Source of the DNA: Eledone cirrhosa | Lineage: Eukaryota | Length of the DNA: 64,000 bases | Direction: 5' to 3' | Assembly (NCBI GenBank): GCA_964016885.1 | Contig: OZ024742.1 | Coordinates: forward strand, 328,600,001 to 328,664,000 | Part shown: piece by piece, positions 56,030 to 64,000 of the stretch | How the letters are laid out: the number at the start of each line of letters is the position of its first letter | Numbering within the stretch: position 1 is the stretch's first letter | Program-made: the position numbers and the translations under genes | Notes under the pieces: model-generated | What the model saw: the letters and a program-made list of their open reading frames with translations, nothing else | Database searches by the model: none | Told to the model about the DNA's origin: nothing

Positions 56030-57860
56030 TACTCAAAGATTTTGTTTACATTTGGTAGCTCTTTTACAGTACGTTTATCTCCAATCTTGATAGTTTATTT
56101 AATAATCGGCTTAAAGATATCCCCTCTCTCTCTCAGACTAGTATTTTTACATTCGAACAAACAGTAAAGTGTTTCTGAGAAGTCACTACATGAACATAGA
56201 AGTGATTCTCTACGACCTGTTCATGATAATCTGTAATTCAATGGTATAATTGTTTCTACTTTCGGCACAAGGCCAGCAATTATCCCAGTGTATGACTAGT
56301 ACTTTATTGTATCGACCCCGTAAGGATGAAAGGCAAAGTTAATACCAGTTAGTCAGCATAGTTTTTTTTTAAATTTATTATTAACATTGCTCTGTGTCTG
56401 ATGTTTTAAATTTTGACAGATCTGGTTGAGAGCCTATCTCTAGAATTTTCCCAAAATTTTCCCCAACCTTGATTAATAAAGTCTTCAATAAATAATTTAA
56501 TTTGAGATATATTTTGGATGTAGCATTTGTACGTTTGGTAATTCATCCGCTTTCTTCTTTCCTCTACTATCTCTATCACCTGGTATCCAAATCAATAATA
56601 TTTGTTTATTATTCTCTGAGAAGTAGTTATCTATTCTTAGCAGAGCACTCTCGATATTTCTAGGCCGATCCCTTTCCCTTCCTTGAAATAGCACTAGGTT
56701 CCTGGCATTTCTTTAGCTGAACCTATGGATAATATAATTCCGAACTCCCACTCTGCGTCAAATGTGAAATCTTGATTATTATTTTTGAAAGACCAAATAA
56801 CTCCACACACAAATCCCTTGTCTGAGTGTGCCCCATCTGTGCAACTGATCAATTTTCTAAAACTGATTGACTGTGTGATGAAGTTATGGAATAACTTTGC
56901 TTCTTCTTTTGAGATTTCCAACCTTATTTTAAACGATTTTAATTGTTTTACCCTCGGAGGTATCCGAATATCATGCTATTTCCTGCTTCATTTAAACTGA
57001 ATAGTTACCAGTCTACCTTTCCGAGACTCAGCAAGGGTCTAGGGGTAAACCCTGCTTCGGGAAAAATAGACATTTTGGGAGTAGATCTTAGACATCCCAA
57101 TACAGTTTTGCCAATTCGTGTACGAAATTCATTGGTCGCTTGAATATAGCTATACTTGTGTGTCACCAAATCTAGCTGCCATACAAAAGGTGATCGGTAA
57201 TAATTCCCTTATAATACAATCTCAAGTGTTTATACATTAGTCAGTGAAATGTCTTTGAAAAAAATGTAATTACATATCATGTTGAGGTCAATTTCTTTCA
57301 GTGAGTAGTTGGTTGAGATGACTTTCCCATTTCAAGTCAGTTTGTAAGTAAATACTACTGGTTTTTAAGGATATTTGCGGTATCAACAGTTGGTTCATTA
57401 AGTATATTCGTTACATAGATAACTGATAGGTTGAGGATTATGGAAGTGAATCAATTGTGTTATAAAGGAATCAAATTGTTGACAATTTATTTTTGCTAAT
57501 TCAGTCGCAGTAGATAGGGCTGTGCATAATTTGGATTTGTTGTTGATGATACTAGATGAAGTATATAAGTTGATATCACCTGCAAAATCTGATATTTCAA
57601 CAATTTTATTTTGATACGTAAACTTCGATGTGTAATATAAAAAGAGAATGGCTGAGACTGAATAACCCTGTGGAAGATATAATTAAGAATATATCTTTAG
57701 AGAAAGGGAAGTGTGCCACAATTAAATAAGGTAGTCAACACATTAGTAGATTAGGTGCCTGCATATTTCATAAATAATCTAGAGAAATAATAGAGCTGTT
57801 CCGTTCGTTTGAAATTATCCATAATGTCAGATACCGTTGGTCAACCTCGATATTTATAAA
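56030..57860 (-). mobile_element. Decayed LINE with RT and RNase H (I-group-like)
   Basis: LPQGYSVSAILFLYY (~57660), FAGDINL (~57580), CTDGAHSDKG and IWIPG..RG..KADEL (RNase H). Confidence 0.7.
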
Positions 57861-58144
57861 TTTATTTTCTTATTTTTCTCTTCCCCAAAGAAATAAATAA
57901 TACCGAACTTAACTAATGTTATCTGACATTCATGATTAGTTCACACGAATGAAACAGTTATGAAAGCCATTTCTATATAAAACACACACACACACACATA
58001 TATATCTATATAATTGTATATAAAAGAGAGATAAACACAGATATAAACATATATGTGTTCAAATCGTAAGGGACCAAATTCGCTAGGGTGAAAAAAGTAC
58101 TAACTATAAACAATATATACATATACATATATATATTCAATTAT

Positions 58145-58185
<41 letters not shown>

Positions 58186-58211
58186 TTTGTTGTGGCTAAA
58201 TTGTGAGTTTT

Positions 58212-58248
58212 GTTACTCACCTGCGTACTCGCAGGATCATCAGACATA
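58212..58248 (-). ncRNA. Partial hammerhead-like motif
   Basis: CTGATGA-T-CCTGCG-agta-CGCAGG-T-GAGT; GAAA and stem III are absent. Confidence 0.4.
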
Positions 58249-58729
58249 TATATATATTTGAGTGTGTATGTCTATATGAATGTGTATATATATCGTTGAC
58301 TTTCACCCCCCCCCACTCTCTCTCTCTCTCTCTCTTTGTCACTCACACTCTCTCTCACTCACTCTCCCTCTGCGTCTAAGCGGGATGGCACGATATATAT
58401 ATATGTTAATAGATTGCTAGCGATATCTTCAAATTATAACTAATTACAAATCTACGCTACACAAGCTATTTATTCTCTTTCTTTCTTTTTCTCTTTCTTT
58501 CTTTTTTTTTCTTCTTTTTTTTCTTTCTTTTTCAGTTCTTCCTTTGAATCAATCTTTCGTTTGATTTATTCATGATATCTTCTCGGAATTCATTCAACGA
58601 ATGTTATTCTCTCCAGCTAGATTAATTTTTTCTTACTCTCTTACTGCCATTGCTAATACCTCTTTCGCCCTCTGTTTATTTCAACGTTAATGTCTCTATC
58701 TTGCTTGCTCTCTTGCTTTTACCCTTTCT

Positions 58730-58809
<80 letters not shown>

Positions 58810-58818
58810 GTGTGTGTA

Positions 58819-58871
<53 letters not shown>

Positions 58872-59504
58872 TTCAGTCTCTCAATGTCATTACTATTGAT
58901 TCTTTCAAGCTCACACTGTATTTTCACCGTCAGGTTTTCCATCTTGTTCTCTTGGACGTTCTTTCTCGCTGTCTCACCTTCTCGTACTTTTTCGTTTGTC
59001 TCTTGCTTTCCAGATCTCTACGTCTTTCCTCGCCATCTATCCCTGATTTTGTAGTTTTTTGTCTGTCTTTCATACTCTTTTCCTCACCTTTTCCATACTT
59101 CCCATGTCCCTTTCTCTCTATCTATCTCTATCACTATCTTTTTCTCTCAGTATAACTACTTCTCTGTTTTTTCAGCCACCCACATATATTTCATGGTTTA
59201 TCTCTTTTATTTTCCACTCAACATTTTACCAGCCCACCTTAAACTAATGGCTTTGTTGGCATTTGAATAATTTTGTCTATAGGTATCATATTCACTCTTA
59301 GCTGTTGTCTTTAATATAGATTCATAGCTATTGCAAATTTCAACAGGACCCCCAACAGTCATGGCCGTCAAGTTTATTTATCAAGGTCGTCTCTTTCACT
59401 TATCTCCAGTCTCCGCTTCCATACAGACATCCTACAAACCAGCCAACCAACCATACAACAAGTCAGGAAACCTTAACATCAGTCCTCACATGACGTGCTA
59501 TATA

Positions 59505-64000
<4,496 letters not shown>

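Overview
AT-rich, microsatellite-saturated eukaryotic DNA, most likely from an octopus or another coleoid cephalopod (inferred from the (TA)n/(CA)n/(GA)n load and the SINE types). No host gene can be called with confidence, and almost all short ORFs in the track are microsatellite artefacts. The window is mostly retroelements. (1) Two families of Penelope-like elements (PLEs; RT plus C-terminal GIY-YIG, pseudo-LTRs): family A at ~1.5-1.7, 9.2-10.9, 17.3-23.3 (1188-codon open frame, inverted plus tandem pLTRs) and 59.6-64 kb, and family B at 35.7-41.1 kb. (2) A young, 5'-truncated L1/Tx1 ORF2, an R4/Dong-type fragment in (TAA)n, and RTE, RNase H-bearing and other LINE relics. (3) Many SINEs. 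Three signals are not explained by the ORF track. (a) At least five unrelated small non-coding elements in (TA)n tracts each carry a minimal type I hammerhead ribozyme with a U.U pair closing stem II, most with a palindromic loop 3, and two families show compensatory base changes. They have PLE-like inverted/tandem layouts and look like a retrozyme-like community using the PLEs. (b) One PLE-A lineage carries a strand-specific cluster of about 25 A-to-G changes that recode the endonuclease and erase its hammerhead core, consistent with ADAR editing fixed in DNA by retrotransposition. (c) A ribozyme, 5' splice site, ATG arrangement recurs near the element ends.
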